NCBI GenBank assembly: GCA_951406725.2
Contig: OX597814.1
Span: 101,184,001-101,248,000, forward strand
DNA length: 64,000 nt
Source: Octopus vulgaris
Lineage: Eukaryota
Direction: 5' to 3'
Shown: positions 1 to 13,958 of the stretch, piece after piece
How positions within the stretch are numbered: the stretch's first letter is position 1
How the letters are laid out: each line of letters starts with the position of its first letter
Made by a program: the position numbers and the translations under genes
The notes under the pieces: model-generated
Database searches by the model: none
The model's input: the letters and a program-made list of their open reading frames with translations, nothing else
What the model was told of the DNA's origin: nothing

Positions 1-3000
1 ATATTTCATTCACTGCACCACTGAAATTCATGTTGTTCTTAGTATTTGCTACACTGTTGTTATTTGTCTCTCTCGTATCATAGTGTTTCTCATCGTCCTT
101 ACTGATGTAGTAGATGTCAAATCGTCTTCACCAGAGTGATAGCCCTTGCTCACAGCCATCCATCAAACACCATAAAGTCTTTGTCTTTGGACATGGCCGA
201 CAACACGTTGTAGCAGAGCTAGCGTAACTTTTACAAATCTCGTCTCGTTTCAGCCACCGTGTTTTGTTTTTTGGGTCATATTTATGGCCGCCGTCAACAA
301 CTGCTGGCGTCCTTTCCAATCTGTCCAGCTTGTCGACCTTTCAGTCGTCTACACATGTGCAACCGCCAAAGCAACAGCAGCAACAATGACACTAACAATA
401 TCATGACCAGCAGGAACGACAACAATAATAAAAATGACAAGAATAATAGCAAAAGTAACATCTGCAACAGAAACAAGATCAACCCTAAGAACATCAATAA
501 GGCTAATTGCAGTAATAATACCGACTAAACATGCACAAAATATTAACAGAAAACAACAATGAAAAACATTACATCAACATTGAAAAAAATAACAAAATAA
601 AATGGAATGATTTTAGATAAAAAGAGAAACAACTGGAAGGACAAAGAAAGTAACTAGAGTAAAAAAAAGCAAAAAAACAAAAAGCGTTAAAACTATAAAG
701 AGTAAACGATGGTCATCATCATCATCAGCGAAGATGACAATAACAAATTTCAGAAATTTACAGATACAAAAACACATATGACAGTGACACCGACGACAAT
801 AGAAAGGGTGCAGAACACGAAAAAATATCAAGATACATGTAAGCATGTGTGTGTGTGTGTGCGTGCATGTGCGTGCGGGCGGGCGAGCGTGTGTGTGTGT
901 GTGTGCGTGCAAGTGGGCGAGCGGATGTGTGTGTATTGATCACAGAGTGACAGGAGAAACAGAAAAATACTGAGGAAGAAATATACTGTGAAAAGGAAGG
1001 AGTTATACAAAGACAGATAAGAGAAAAAGAGGAAAATCGTAAAACTTTGATATATTATCTGCCAAGCAAATGAGACAAATCTGTGGCAAGTGGGATAGGG
1101 GGTATCAAACAGCCCATCCGCCGTCTTTCGTAATGCAATTTTCGCTAGAAAAATTTTGCTAACTGGCTTTCCTGTGGCACAAATCCTAACTAGTGCATTT
1201 AAAGCCAATATTTGTATTTCGTAAAATCTCTCTTCAGAAAACCTTATTCTGTTTGAAATTCTAAGTCGTAAATTTTCTGAAAATAACACTGACAATATAA
1301 TGACAAATTTGTTTTTTCCGCTGTGCCATTTTCTTTTCATGATATTTTTCTTTTGTTATTTTGAAGATCTACTCCAACATCTCTCTAGAACTGAAATAGT
1401 ATTTTAATGATCTCTTCCACCTTGGATATGTAGTCGTTGTTTCGTTCAATACATTCACTGACTGATCACACCTAAGATCGAATATGTAATAATTTTGACC
1501 AATCCGTCTTTTTTCACATATATAGTAACTACGAATACATTATCGAACGTGCGTCCCTTCTTTTTAAACTTGTTTGAGTGAAATTTGACTCTCTCCTTTA
1601 TGTTATTATTTTTCACTGAATTTGATGAGTTAGATCAAATACAGCAGTTGTGATCAGAGTTAGACAACAACGTGGACAATAAAACATAAAATTAAATTTT
1701 TAATGACTTCTTTTAAAAAATCAGTCTAGCGATGAATCAGTAGCAATTTTTTCCAAATAAAATGGACATCTTTATAAGCGATGGGTACATGCTGTCGTGA
1801 GCAGCTGTTTTCTGAATAAGGAATCTAAATCAGTTTGGATTCCCGGCTACTTATTACAGAGTATTTGTCTCCAGTCATCTAAGATAGATACATTGCAATT
1901 GGAAGCAAAGATTGTTGTCCCAGATGGTGTGGTTGCTATTTGCATCTACGCTTTATTGCTTCAACCAAATATTCTGAGCTGCTTTTCTTGTCATATACCT
2001 TCCACATATATTTCAACTCTGTAACGATTTCAATGTACGAAACACGCTGTAGATTTGATTGAATGTTCTTAGTTTAAATCTAGATAGATTCAATGCGGTA
2101 AAAAAAAAAGAAAAAAACGGTTGCATCTTATTTATTTCTTTACCTGGCTTCATAACTCTATAATCTATTATTTGCTCGCTTTTATATGAATTATATACCT
2201 GCATTTTTTGTTTTCTTTAATCAACCCCCTTCCTATAAAATGCTGTTATCTTTTCTTTTTATATTTTATTTACGATTCTAAGTGAGCTGTTTTTGACTCG
2301 GTGAATCATCATCACCTTTATCGTTCTCGTCAGCCTCATGCCATTTCATCCACTTATTTTTCTACCTTTTTATTTTCTGATTTCTCATTCTCTTCTTTTA
2401 TTTTTTTTTTTTTTTACTTCTTTGTTTTCTTCATCGGAGTTTATTCCGTCACAATCACCATTTTCTTCTTTTTTATTTTTCAGGTTTTCTTTTTTCACAC
2501 TGTAATTCCATGCTAGTCATTGTCTTAATTTTTCTCATCACCACATCCCTCTCATCATCACACTTTTTGCTTTTGTATTTTTCCTCGCTCTCCTCCCACT
2601 TTTCGCACCAACTTTCACGTTGGCCATTTTGTTGTCCGTTTGTATATCTATTATATTCCTTAATAATATTCCCCTATCGAGCAACTAACACACGTTCGCA
2701 ACATATCTTTCACACGTTATTTCTCTCTCTCTTTCTTTGGCTACTTATATTTTCGTCTGTCTTTTTCTACTATTATCTTTGCCTATGAATCTGTCTACTT
2801 ATTTTCTTATCTATCTATCTGCTTCTTCATTTATCTCCCTGTTCTTCAGTCTGCTTGCCTGTCAGTGTGTATATCTAGTTTATATCTTGTTTTCGTATAT
2901 AAAGACATAATTAGTTTTATCTCTGTCTTTCCTTTCTATAGCTTTTACCACTGCTCTTTCTCTCCCTCTTTCTCTTTCCCTCCCTCTCTTTCTCTCCCTC

Positions 3001-5425
3001 TGTCTCTGTCTCTTTCTCTCTCTCGTTCTCGCATTCCCTTTTTCCGCCTCTCCGTTTGAATCCTAATTGCAGCTAATTTCTAAAGTGATGGACCATTTAG
3101 ATAGTTCTCTTCATCAGCATCTTGTTATCAATTATCTGAGATTAGATAATTAGAGTTACGTGATAATTCATACGGTGAGTTGAAGTGGAAGGGGACGCAT
3201 GAATATCATAGAGCATAAGTGATACCAAACCTTCTCCTTTCTCATGGTGATGCATGAGTACGCGGCATCATAAGAGTTAAATGTTACTTAAATTGACATG
3301 AGTTATTTCAAGCGCCACTACCACTAGCACGATTGTACAGACTGTTATGAGAATAGCCTGGTGCGTGTCTCTGCACATATATGTTTGAATTAAGGGAGAT
3401 TTTCATTGAACTTGCATGTTATTATGTGCCTCAATAGAGTCATTTTTGACCTGCTCAGATATGGAATCCATTCAGCTGCACCACAATCAGTTTTATTCTT
3501 TCTCATTATGTCTGTCTATTCTTGGTAAACTATGCTGATGACTAGAAATTCTACATTGAATTCTGGAAGAAACCATTTCCTTAACTCGTGACTCTGGTAT
3601 GTTCGCATATAAAAACATACTGATTTGCTCATTTATAAATCTCTATATTTGTTCCAAGGTAAAAACTGATAGTTTCTGCTTATGGCTATTGTGATAGAAA
3701 ACATTATGAACTAGGTTTGAGAATGGCAGTTACTGTTCTTGCTCACTTATTTCTAGTGAACTAGTGCATACGAATAGTGTACCCCCTTATTGATTGTGTG
3801 CCTTAATCTGGACAAAATTAAACGCTTTCTTTTTGTTGTTGTTGCTCCTACTGTTGTTTTATTATTACTCAGCCCCACCTTATCTCTGATCGAGCCGGTT
3901 TATGATCAAGAGCATGTTAGCCGTGGAAAATTCATTTCTTTTCGGGCAATGTAAATCCCGGAAATTATTCAATGGGACTTTTATTTAAGCAGTAGGATGT
4001 AGTTGAAGGAAATTTGCCTGTTATTTGTAGTTGGTCGAGCGTCAATGTTGAGGCTCAGTTGTCAGTTTATGAAAGGTATAGTGTTATATTATGATTTATT
4101 TATTAATGTTCAGCGCTGCTGAACTACTTTTTTGGTAGATGACAGTTTTGAACATCTACTAATTGGAACTGTGTTCAGCCGAGTGTACACAGATAACAAA
4201 CAAGCTGTTCTCCTTCCAGGTCCAAGTTGACACCGTTTTGGTTTCATTGTATATGTTGTATGCGTCTTGTGATGATGTAACACTATATTATTTTGAGGGC
4301 GAGTTGTCGTTATGATTTGCTGAGAAGGATTTGGTCAGATACGGAACTGCTGTCATTGTCATATACTACGGTTGTAGTTTCTATGCTTTGGTCAAATGTT
4401 GTTTCTCTGAGTGCTCTAAAGATGTTTATGCATTATTTAGCATTGTTTCCTGTCATTTATAAGTATTGTGAATGTAGCAGTTTGGATATGATTCGACACT
4501 AAGCGAGCAGACTAATGATCAAATATATTCCAGGTTTGAACATCTTGTCTTCTTATCTTCACGGGAATACCTGATTTGTTTTTCATTTCTTTAAGTGTGG
4601 TACACAGCAGTCTGAGTAAGATGTGGTTGTTATTAGCTAACGATCACATTAAGACTTCATCCGTTGGATCATGTCAGATACTAACCATATATTCGAAGTC
4701 GACCAAAGAGTTTTCAACTTTTGTGAAGTACATGTAAAACCTTAAAACTCAACCCCACGAGTTCGCATTCATGAAACTTATACTGTGAAAACATTTTAAA
4801 ATACGTTTCTATTGATAACTTAATGCAGATACATCGGCACTAACAATAAATGAATAAATAAAACAAAAGTGATTATTACTATTGCTCAGACAGTCTGGTG
4901 TCTTTGAATTGTTAGGGGAAATAGAATCACTTGACGGAGATAAAATGTACTGAGAGACATTGATTCTGAGATGGATGAAGGAGAGTAATTGGCAGCTAAA
5001 TATAACAAAAACTTAAAAGAACGACCAGAAGAATAATGGGAGAAGTGAATCTTGAAAGCGTTTTGTAGAGAAATGTTAAGACACTCGAAAGTGATTAAAA
5101 TGAGGCCGAATGATAAGTGAATCAAAGTAAAACAAGCGAAGGAGAAAGAAGAAAAAAGATACGTCAACACAAGTAGAAGAGAAGAAAATTGAGAAAGGTG
5201 AGAAAGAAATTATGATGGCCGTTGTTAGTCATCAATACAAAGTTCATATTGATGTCATATTTATCAACTTCAGACATACCATTACCACTGTCAGTTTGGT
5301 TAGAAACTGTGTGATATCTTTCCATAACACAGAACCAGCCATGCTATGATTCAATTACCTTAAGCCAACAATAATCCATCTTTTCTAGATCACTCTCTCA
5401 CAGTCTCTTTCTTTTGTTCCTCTCC

Positions 5426-5477
<52 letters not shown>

Positions 5478-5656
5478 GACACACACAAACAAACAAATCT
5501 GTCTTCCTATAACTTTCTCACAAGTTCAAGTTGCTAATTCATGTTCTCAAAATGCCTATCATTTTCTATCAAACTCTAAACTAATACACACATATGCACA
5601 CACACTTACACACACACACACACACACGCACACACACACACATACAAATATATATG

Positions 5657-5710
<54 letters not shown>

Positions 5711-6599
5711 TTACACCTACCCACCGACACACATACACGCACACACTCACACACATATATGCGGTTGAGTGCATGCACGTGTGTGGTCCAAACGCACACA
5801 TGTGCACACGTATGCGTATGTTTTCTCTTCTAATAGTTTACTTTGGTCGACTGCGTAGTCGGTGTCAATGTTATAAAGAATCGACATTAAATAATTTAAA
5901 AGAAAACATAAAGTTTGGTCTTGCTGTTTTCTTCATATTTTAAGCAAGCCAATCAGTCAACGATTTAATTTTTTATCAAAGTATTGCACATTTTTATCGT
6001 CGCATATAACTTGATAGGCACGACATGACTTATATCCTCGTTATTTTCTCAAGAGCCCAGGTTTTAGCAGTAATTTGATTCAGTAGGTTTGGTACATGTA
6101 ATAATATCGGTAAACATGCAAATGTAGTCCTGATACCGGACTTGCAAACTTCTCATCAACTATCTATAGATATCTTCCTTTTTCTGAATATTTTAATCAT
6201 ATTTTAACGCCAAATATGTAGACGACTTCTACAACAGAACAGGTCATATATTTTGTTCTCACAAACAGGATCGTCGTGTCGCAATTTCTTTGTTTATTTA
6301 TATTCTAGATCCATCGGTTTCAATATGATTCTCTTTAAGTGTTGTAATTTTATTTTCCTTCTCACTCTGTTCCCGAGAGCTACAGCAATGGTGTCAAGCA
6401 ACCTAGAAAAATATATGTATACAATATTATCACACAAATGAGAATGCCTTGGCTATTGTCCAACGCTTTGACTTAGTATAGTCGACAATATTTTACAGCT
6501 GAAGTTTTTCATATTTTGTCGTGCGAGTTCTTGATGAGGCTATTTTTTTGTCACTAGATTACATGTAGATAGCATTCAAGTAAACTTGTCGGTACTCCA

Positions 6600-6975
6600 A
6601 GTCAGACATTTTGTGACACTTGTCCCTACTAGAAAACAGTAGTTTATTTCCACCATATTCATCATATATCCCCCTTACTATAAATTAGATTTTTTATATC
6701 TACGCATTAATACCTTATCACTTTATTTCTGTTTGAAACACATGAATTTTCTCGGTCATACACGCACACCCGCGCGCACGCACACTCATGCAGACATAAA
6801 TTCACAGCCACATAACATTCATAGTGAATCAATAACATAGTTCTTATATATATCATACTCTCAATTTTTGTCAACTTGCACCGCAGGGTCGAGATAGTGT
6901 TAGTTGAAGGCTACCAAACCTGCCACACACACACACACACACACACACAGACAACTTCAGCTTTATATATATAGA
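6600..6975 (-). mobile_element. Non-autonomous Helitron-like element, 5' end clear and 3' end degenerate
   Basis: Minus strand begins A|TCTATATATATAAAGCTGAAGTTGTCTGTGTGTG: a TC terminus after host A, an AT-rich run, then a (TG)n tract, as in non-autonomous Helitrons. No clear hairpin+CTAG 3' end; left boundary approximate. Confidence 0.5.
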
Positions 6976-7351
6976 TAGGTTCAGCTTTAAGATCTACTGC
7001 TTCATCTATTGCATACGCTTATGTTATTTTGATCCAGAGACCATAGTTTTCACAGCAGTTAAAATTATCCTAAATTCTTAGCTCCGTTTCTTCGATTCTT
7101 CGTAGTATCGCTTATAATCTAGACAACATTTCACACCCATATCAGTCCTTCTAAAACTGAGCATAGATGTGTTTAGAATTGATGTAGAAAATCTCTATCT
7201 AAATCATTATAAACCTTTATTTATCCATTTATAAACGCCATGATAAGACTTTAAATGAAAATGATAAGGAAAATAATCTAAGATTCACCACTGCAACTGT
7301 TTTTACAGCCCTGAAGTAGATATATATTTAAATATATACATACAACAACAT

Positions 7352-7394
<43 letters not shown>

Positions 7395-7395
7395 G

Positions 7396-7465
<70 letters not shown>

Positions 7466-7466
<1 letters not shown>

Positions 7467-7583
7467 TGAGTGTGTGTCTGTATGTATGTATATATATATT
7501 ATGTGCGAATACATATATATATATATATATATATATGTATTCACACATAATATATATATACATACATACAGACACACACTCAC
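7466..7583. repeat. 118-bp near-perfect palindrome centred on an (AT)n tract
   Basis: The left arm GTGAGTGTGTGTCTGTATGTATGTATATATATATTATGTGCGAATAC pairs with the right arm with one mismatch (7506/7543). Confidence 0.9.
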
Positions 7584-7839
7584 ACACTATGTATATATAT
7601 ATATATACATACATACATATACAGATATGTGTTTGTGTGTGTGTATACAAAGAGTGAGAGAGAGTGAAAGAGAGAGCGACGTACGTATATATGTATAACA
7701 CGTGGTCTTTCTGTATAAGGTTTCTGGCTACCATTTCAAACGCCATTTTACAAGTTGGAAATTTGGGGTAAAATAAACAAAGCAGTTCTGTAACCACTAA
7801 TCCTTACAACAGTGAAAACATTATTACTACTGCCACTAT

Positions 7840-7847
7840 GATTATTA

Positions 7848-7938
<91 letters not shown>
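7840..7938. repeat. (ATT)n microsatellite
   Basis: Long ATT run; source of the poly-Ile ORFs. Confidence 0.95.
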
Positions 7939-8457
7939 CTGTTTTGTTATTAGTATTAGCATCAGTATTAGTAATGCGGTGGTTCTCATACTTTGTAAAA
8001 TAAATATTTTATCTTCTATGTTATTTAATCTGGAATTCTAATAAAAGTCCGTGTTGGACGATTCTACAAGACCTTGGAGAAGTTTCGACAGCTTGTTACA
8101 TCAAGTTGGACTACTCAAGCATAATAACAATAAAATAACTAAATATAGATATACATTTATGAGAATAAAGAACATAAGGTTTTATGATGTAAGACTCATG
8201 CTTTTTGAATTAGCTTAGATCATGTCATTTGTTTTTCTTTGTTTGCCTCTTTTCTCTCATATCAAATATGAATATATATTTTAATGCATGATTTATATAC
8301 GTTGATAATCATCTATACATGGATGTGTATCTATGCATATATATATATATATATATGCATACATAGATGGCTGTGTGTTTGTTTGTACCTGTGTAAACAT
8401 ATACACTCATCTATACACAAACACACATACACGTATATATAAATATATATTCATATA

Positions 8458-9374
8458 TGAGGTGATATCAAAAAGTTCCAGGATTAATAATGTTTAATAA
8501 AAAAAATTACTTATTTACCTAAGTTTTAACACCATCCCCTTTGAAATAGTCACCTTGCGCAGCAAGAAACTACATCCGACATTCCTGACACTTTTGTAAT
8601 TCGGCCTCGAAGTCATTTTCCGTAAGCAAGTCAAGACCTTCTGCGATTTCCTCTGGATCTTGACAACGGTGTTAAAACGGGGACCTTTGCGCTGCATTTT
8701 CATCTTGGGGAAGATGTGGAACTCTGCAGATGATAAATCTGGCGAACAGGGCGGCTGCAGAGGCGATACCATGTTTCTTTTGGCGAGAGATTCACGAGTG
8801 AAGAGAGCTCAGCGAAGAATCCAGTTCTTCCGGTACCACAGATCCGGTCCCTTTTGCCAAATGTTCTCCCTCAAATGCTTCAAAACGTCATAGTAGGACT
8901 CTCGATTGACGGTCTGGCCCTGAGGGACGAATTTTTGATGCACAGTATCACATTTACGAGGATGACATTTTTGATGCACAGTATTACATTTCCAGAGCTG
9001 ACGCTCATGGCAGGTCTTACAGATCGCTCATCGTCTTCCAGGGACGTTCTTCTGCTTTTGAAGCGCACGTACCACTCGAAACTTTGCATACGCCCCATTG
9101 CCTCGTCGCCGTAATCTTGCCGAAGCATGCTAAATATCTCTGTAGCAGACTTCCTAAGTTTAAAGCAAAAATTCACATGACAAAATCGCAGACTACAGAT
9201 TACAGGTAATCACAAAAAACACAAATTTCACAACTTGCGAAATCAACACAGCGATATCACACGGCACACTGCCTCATGAAGGTCACTGCTAGCTCTGAGT
9301 GCGCATGTAACCGTGTGCTGCCATCTGTTGGCTCGCTACAGAACTAGTCCGGCAACTTTTTGACACTACCTGTT
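8458..9374 (-). mobile_element. Internally deleted mariner DNA transposon (transposase pseudogene)
   Basis: Degenerate TIRs TGAGGTGATATCAAAAAGTTCCAGGATTA (left) and reverse complement ACAGGTAGTGTCAAAAAGTTGCCGGACTA (right), with TA flanks. Minus-strand peptides: FCFKLRKSATEIFSMLRQDYGDEAMGRMQSFEWYVRFKSRRTSLEDDERSVRP (N-terminal HTH), VHQKFVPQGQTVNRESYYDVLKHLRENIWQKGPDLW, and PPCSPDLSSAEFHIFPKMK (YSPDLAPxD-type motif). Confidence 0.92.
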
Positions 9375-10344
9375 TATTATTTTATATTATTATTCATTAT
9401 AAAATATCTTTGCAAACTTGAATTAATTGAATTTATTTATGTATTTTTGTTTAACATTCCCTACGCATATTTGTTCCACATCTTCCCATATTTCGAAACT
9501 GAATTTCATTCCTTTAATTGTAATCGCTTTTTTGCTATGTTTTTGTGTCTTTGGTATTTCTTTGACTCCATCGTACCTTTATGTCTATCTGAGTTCACAG
9601 TTTATTTCACATTTTCCAATCCCTTCCACTACCGAATGAACTGTATTTCTGTTCATGCATGATACAACTCTACAGCGCTTTAACTAAACTTTTATCTCTC
9701 ATTTTAATTTTCTTTTGTCTTTTGCTCTCTTCTTATCTAATTTGTCCCTGCCTCTTTTATGTCCGTTGTCTTTTTTTAACCTTCATTGTATTTCTCTTTC
9801 TTCCATGTCAACAACTTCTTTTGCTTTATAGTAAGTTTAAATATTCATTTTTGAATTTATCTTTTACGTGATTTTCGAAGAGCTTATTCAGCCTCGATTT
9901 AATTTTCAATTTTAATGCTTATGTTTTACAACATATCTTTCATAAATTCTTGATTTCTAAGAGACTGCATTCCCTCGCTGCATCTATTATATATATATAT
10001 TTCAAGTACTTAAGCGAGTTATGTTGTTCAGTTGTAGATACAATTTCGACTCACTTTTACTGATTATAGTTTTCTTTACAGGAAATCGTTTCCATCCAGC
10101 AAATTCATGTTACCCCGCAAGTTAATAGAGCCATGTACACGCAAATCCAAATGTTTATACGTTCGGCATCTAATAAATATTATGTACATTTATAACCTGT
10201 GCTATTGCTTAAATCATGTACGAATGTCTCCCGATCCGTTACGTGAAACTCTGAGTAGCAGAATTTATTTTACATGTGGTGTTTTGTGAATCTTTTTTCA
10301 ACCTCTGTTCTAGGTATGTGTGCTATTTTTAAGCATGTTATTTC

Positions 10345-10625
10345 TAAGCGATCGGAGGATCGCGGTTTCGATTCCCAGACCGGGCGCTGTGTGTGTTTAT
10401 TGAACGAAAAAAAACCTAAAGGCTCTACGAGGCCTCGGCAGGGATTAGTGGTGAACCATGTTGTACTCGTTTGCCACAACCTTCTCTCATTCTCTCTTCC
10501 TGTTTCTAGAGTAACGCTGCGATAGACTTGCGCCCCGTCCAGCTGGGGGGAACACATACGCCACAGAAACCGGGAAACCGGGCCCATGAGACTGGCTAGG
10601 CTTGAAAAGGGCGACGTTTATCGTA
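10345..10625 (+). mobile_element. tRNA-derived SINE, family C variant, 5'-truncated
   Basis: B box GGTTTCGATTCC; body CTGCGATAGACTTGCGCCCCGTCCAG...GAAACCGGGAAACCGGGCCC homologous to the copy at 42559. Confidence 0.75.
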
Positions 10626-10780
10626 TATATATATATATATATTGCCATATGTGAGTTACAAATATTGTTGTCTATGGAGACTTATTTTTGTAGTAAAAGA
10701 AATAGTAGTCTTTTGACTGGTATTTCTAATATTTTCGGTATGTGGTTTAAGCAACTTGTTGCAAAAAAACCTTATTATTA

Positions 10781-10867
<87 letters not shown>

Positions 10868-11039
10868 ATATATACATTCATACATATATATATATATATT
10901 CTAAAAATAAACATCATTAAAAATCTTGAAGACACACGTGCACGAGCACGCTCACACACAGGCTCACACCCACACGCATATGAATATATATATACATTTG
11001 CTTACATAGATAGACACGTAAATATAAAATAAATGTGAA

Positions 11040-11195
11040 AGTGTGACTGTGTAGTAAGGAGCTTGCATCCCAACTACATGGTTTCGGGTTCAGTCCCATT
11101 GCGTGGCACCTTAGGCAAATGTCTTCTACAATAGCCTCTGGTCGACCAAACCCCTTCTGAGTGGATTTGATAGATGGAAATGAAAGAATCCCGTC

Positions 11196-11253
<58 letters not shown>

Positions 11254-11438
11254 TAATGTGACTAACTGATTAAAAAATTCTATTTATTTATGCATTTAAA
11301 TTGATGTAATGATTGCATTGTTCGGTTAAATGGAGCATCTTGAAACGGACGTACAGCATCGCCTCTTGATATCCTGTTGCTTTGCATCAGCATGGCCGCA
11401 GCTCTGAGCTGAAACTAGAGGAAAATATATATATATAA

Positions 11439-11479
<41 letters not shown>

Positions 11480-11706
11480 GTGTGTGTGTTTGTGTGTATC
11501 TGTGTGTCTGAGCTTGTCCTCCCAACCATCGCTTTACAACCGATGTTAGTGTGTTTACGTTCTCGTAACTTGGCGGTTCTACAAAAGTGACCGATAGAAT
11601 AAGTACCAGGCTTACAAAGAATAAGTCGTGGGGTCGATTCATTTCAATAAAGATTGTGCTCCTGCATGGCTGCAGTGACTGAAATAAGTAAAAGAGTAAA
11701 ATAGTA
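11040..11706 (+). mobile_element. tRNA-derived SINE family A split by an insertion (about 11250-11425) in its internal (TA)n linker
   Basis: 5' half (GGGTTCAGTCCCATTGCGTGGCACCTTAGGCAAATG) at about 11040-11200 and 3' half (CCGATAGAATAAGTACCAGG...GACTGAAATAAGTAAAAGAG) at about 11490-11706 match the complete copy at 58620. Confidence 0.85.
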
Positions 11707-12350
11707 CCCATCTAAGTGACCACTGTATTCATTAAATATTGTATATTACTACAAACATATACGGGTATATATTATTGCTAATGAGCCCGAATTTTGAATA
11801 CCATCAAGGAATTCAATATAATAGGTTAGTTTTTATGTTTTTCACTAAGATTCTGACTGCCTGAGAAAATTACTTATGCAGAAACGTTTCAAAATCCAGA
11901 TACGTATTGTGAATTAAAAGATCTAAAAGAAACAATTCTGTTCAATGTAGGCGACATATTTTTAAGGAACTTCAAAAATACGACTAAACAAATATATTAT
12001 AAAGGACGAGATTCAACTCTGTATTGTTGGAAACATTGTAAACATGATGAAGCGTTGTAAGGTTGTTGAAAACTACATACTTAGATCTCTACCCTGCTAT
12101 TCTCGTTAGTGTTCGTGTGTGCATGCATGTGTGTGCGTGTGTGTGTGTGTTTCTATGCATGAATGTGTACATGGGTGTATGTGTGCTACGTTATATACGA
12201 ATATAAATTATAACTCGACAAAAATTACTAGAGTTTTTTGGAAAGTTTTCATGATTTAAGTTTCATTTTTGTTTAGATTAAATGCTAAAGAAAGCATTCG
12301 TGTTGTAATAATAATAATGGTAATAATAATATTAATAACAATAATAATAA

Positions 12351-12483
12351 TGGTACTTATTTTATCGACTCCGAAATGGTGAAAGGGAAAGCTGACTTTG
12401 GCGGAATTTGAACTCTGGACGTAGCTGCAGACGAAATAAGCACTTCGCCCGGCATGCTAACGATTCTGCCAGCTCACCGCCTT
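12351..12483 (-). mobile_element. SINE family B fragment (Nin/Deu-like central domain)
   Basis: Reverse complement gives GGCGGTGAGCTGGCAGAATCGTTAGC...GAGTTCAAATTCCGCC...GTCGATAAAATAAGTACCA; flanked by (AAT)n on both sides. Confidence 0.8.
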
Positions 12484-12492
12484 AATAATGAT

Positions 12493-12572
<80 letters not shown>

Positions 12573-13186
12573 TAGTGATGACGATGATGATGATGATAAT
12601 TTGCAATTACTTGTGGATGTATGTCGTAGTGAAATTGCTATAAAATAGGAGGAATGAACACATACATGCGCGCGCACGCAAAATATAATAACACAAAAGC
12701 GCAATACAATATATTATGATTGATTAAAAATCATAAAACAAACATATATATATTTCAGTTTGAAACCACAGGCAGAAAGATCAGAAAGTGCCACCTACGT
12801 AGCATCAGGCAACGTATCTGACACGTAATTCAATCACCACCGACTCTCTCAATGCGGTACACATCTGTACAGACTAGTAGTAGCCCTTTGCCGGTTGATG
12901 GGGAGTCCTAAAACAATAAGGTAATCCAGAACATTTACCCACTTCATGATCTGGACACCCGTATATTCCATACTCGACTGCACGTTGCAGGTTATCTGCA
13001 TGCAAAATACATGCGCATATTGTGTCCCACAAGTCGAAGACCAACGGTCAACGTTACTATTAACACATCTAACCGAAAATCTCGTATTTGGTTTCTGTCT
13101 CTGAGCAACTGTGTACACCAATAGTTTTGCCTCTCTTCTAGCTTCGTAGTAAGATTTGAGAATTTGACAAATGCACAAATAGGCTC

Positions 13187-13451
13187 TTGTTGTTTGTTCC
13201 TTCTCGGGCTACGCCTGGCTCATAAGGGTCGGTTTCCTTCGCGTATAGATTCCCCACCTGGACGGGACGTCAGTCCATCGCAGGTGAGCGGCAAGATGCA
13301 GGAGGAAAGAGTGAGAGAAAGTTGTAGCGAAAGAGTCAGCAGAAGTTCGCCATTAACTTCTGTCGGAGCCGTGTGGAGCTTAGGTGTTTTTACTCATAAA
13401 CACACATCGTCAGGTCTAACCGCTGCACTAACCACTAGGCCATGTACCTCC
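13187..13451 (-). mobile_element. tRNA-derived SINE family C with a deletion in the head
   Basis: Reverse-complement homology to 42559-42866 (A box TGGCCTAGTGG, body, AACA tail). Confidence 0.85.
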
Positions 13452-13787
13452 ACACACTAATAGGCTCTTACATACACACAAACGCGCACACACACATATA
13501 CACGCACAAAGTAGAAGCACGCAGGGCACGCGACGCATTTCTAGTCCTTAGAATTTCATGCTATTCAATTCTTAAAGGCAACAGCTTTTCTCACGACTTT
13601 AACAGGACGAGACGAGTGCAGACTCATCACTTTGTGATGTAGTGAGTGACGACGACGACGACGAGGACGACGATGATGACGATGATGATGATGGATAAGA
13701 CTACTATGATTAGGAATAAATATTTTTTTTAAAATACAAAAATGCGATGAAAGAAATGCATGCAGAAGAACAAAGATGTGCGGCGGC

Positions 13788-13958
13788 GAAGAAGAAGAAG
13801 AAGAAGAAGAAGAAGAAGAAGAAGAAGAAGAAGAAGAAGAAGAAGAAGAAGAAGAAGAAGAAGAAGAAGAAGAAGAAGAAGAAGAAGAAGAAGAAGAAGA
13901 AGAAGAAGAAGAAGAAGAAGAAGAAGAAGAAGAAGAAGAAGAAGAAGAAGAAGAAGAA
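13788..13958. repeat. Perfect (GAA)57 triplet repeat
   Basis: 171 bp of uninterrupted GAA; source of the poly-K/R/E/F/L ORFs. Confidence 0.97.

Noticed and set aside
120-360. Possible RTE LINE 3' fragment on the minus strand (HMCRR...PKNKTRW)
   Set aside because: The similarity is too faint to support without a search.
12850-13180. Possible RTE ORF2 linker remnant (YYEARREAKLLVY)
   Set aside because: A single short motif with no collinear support.
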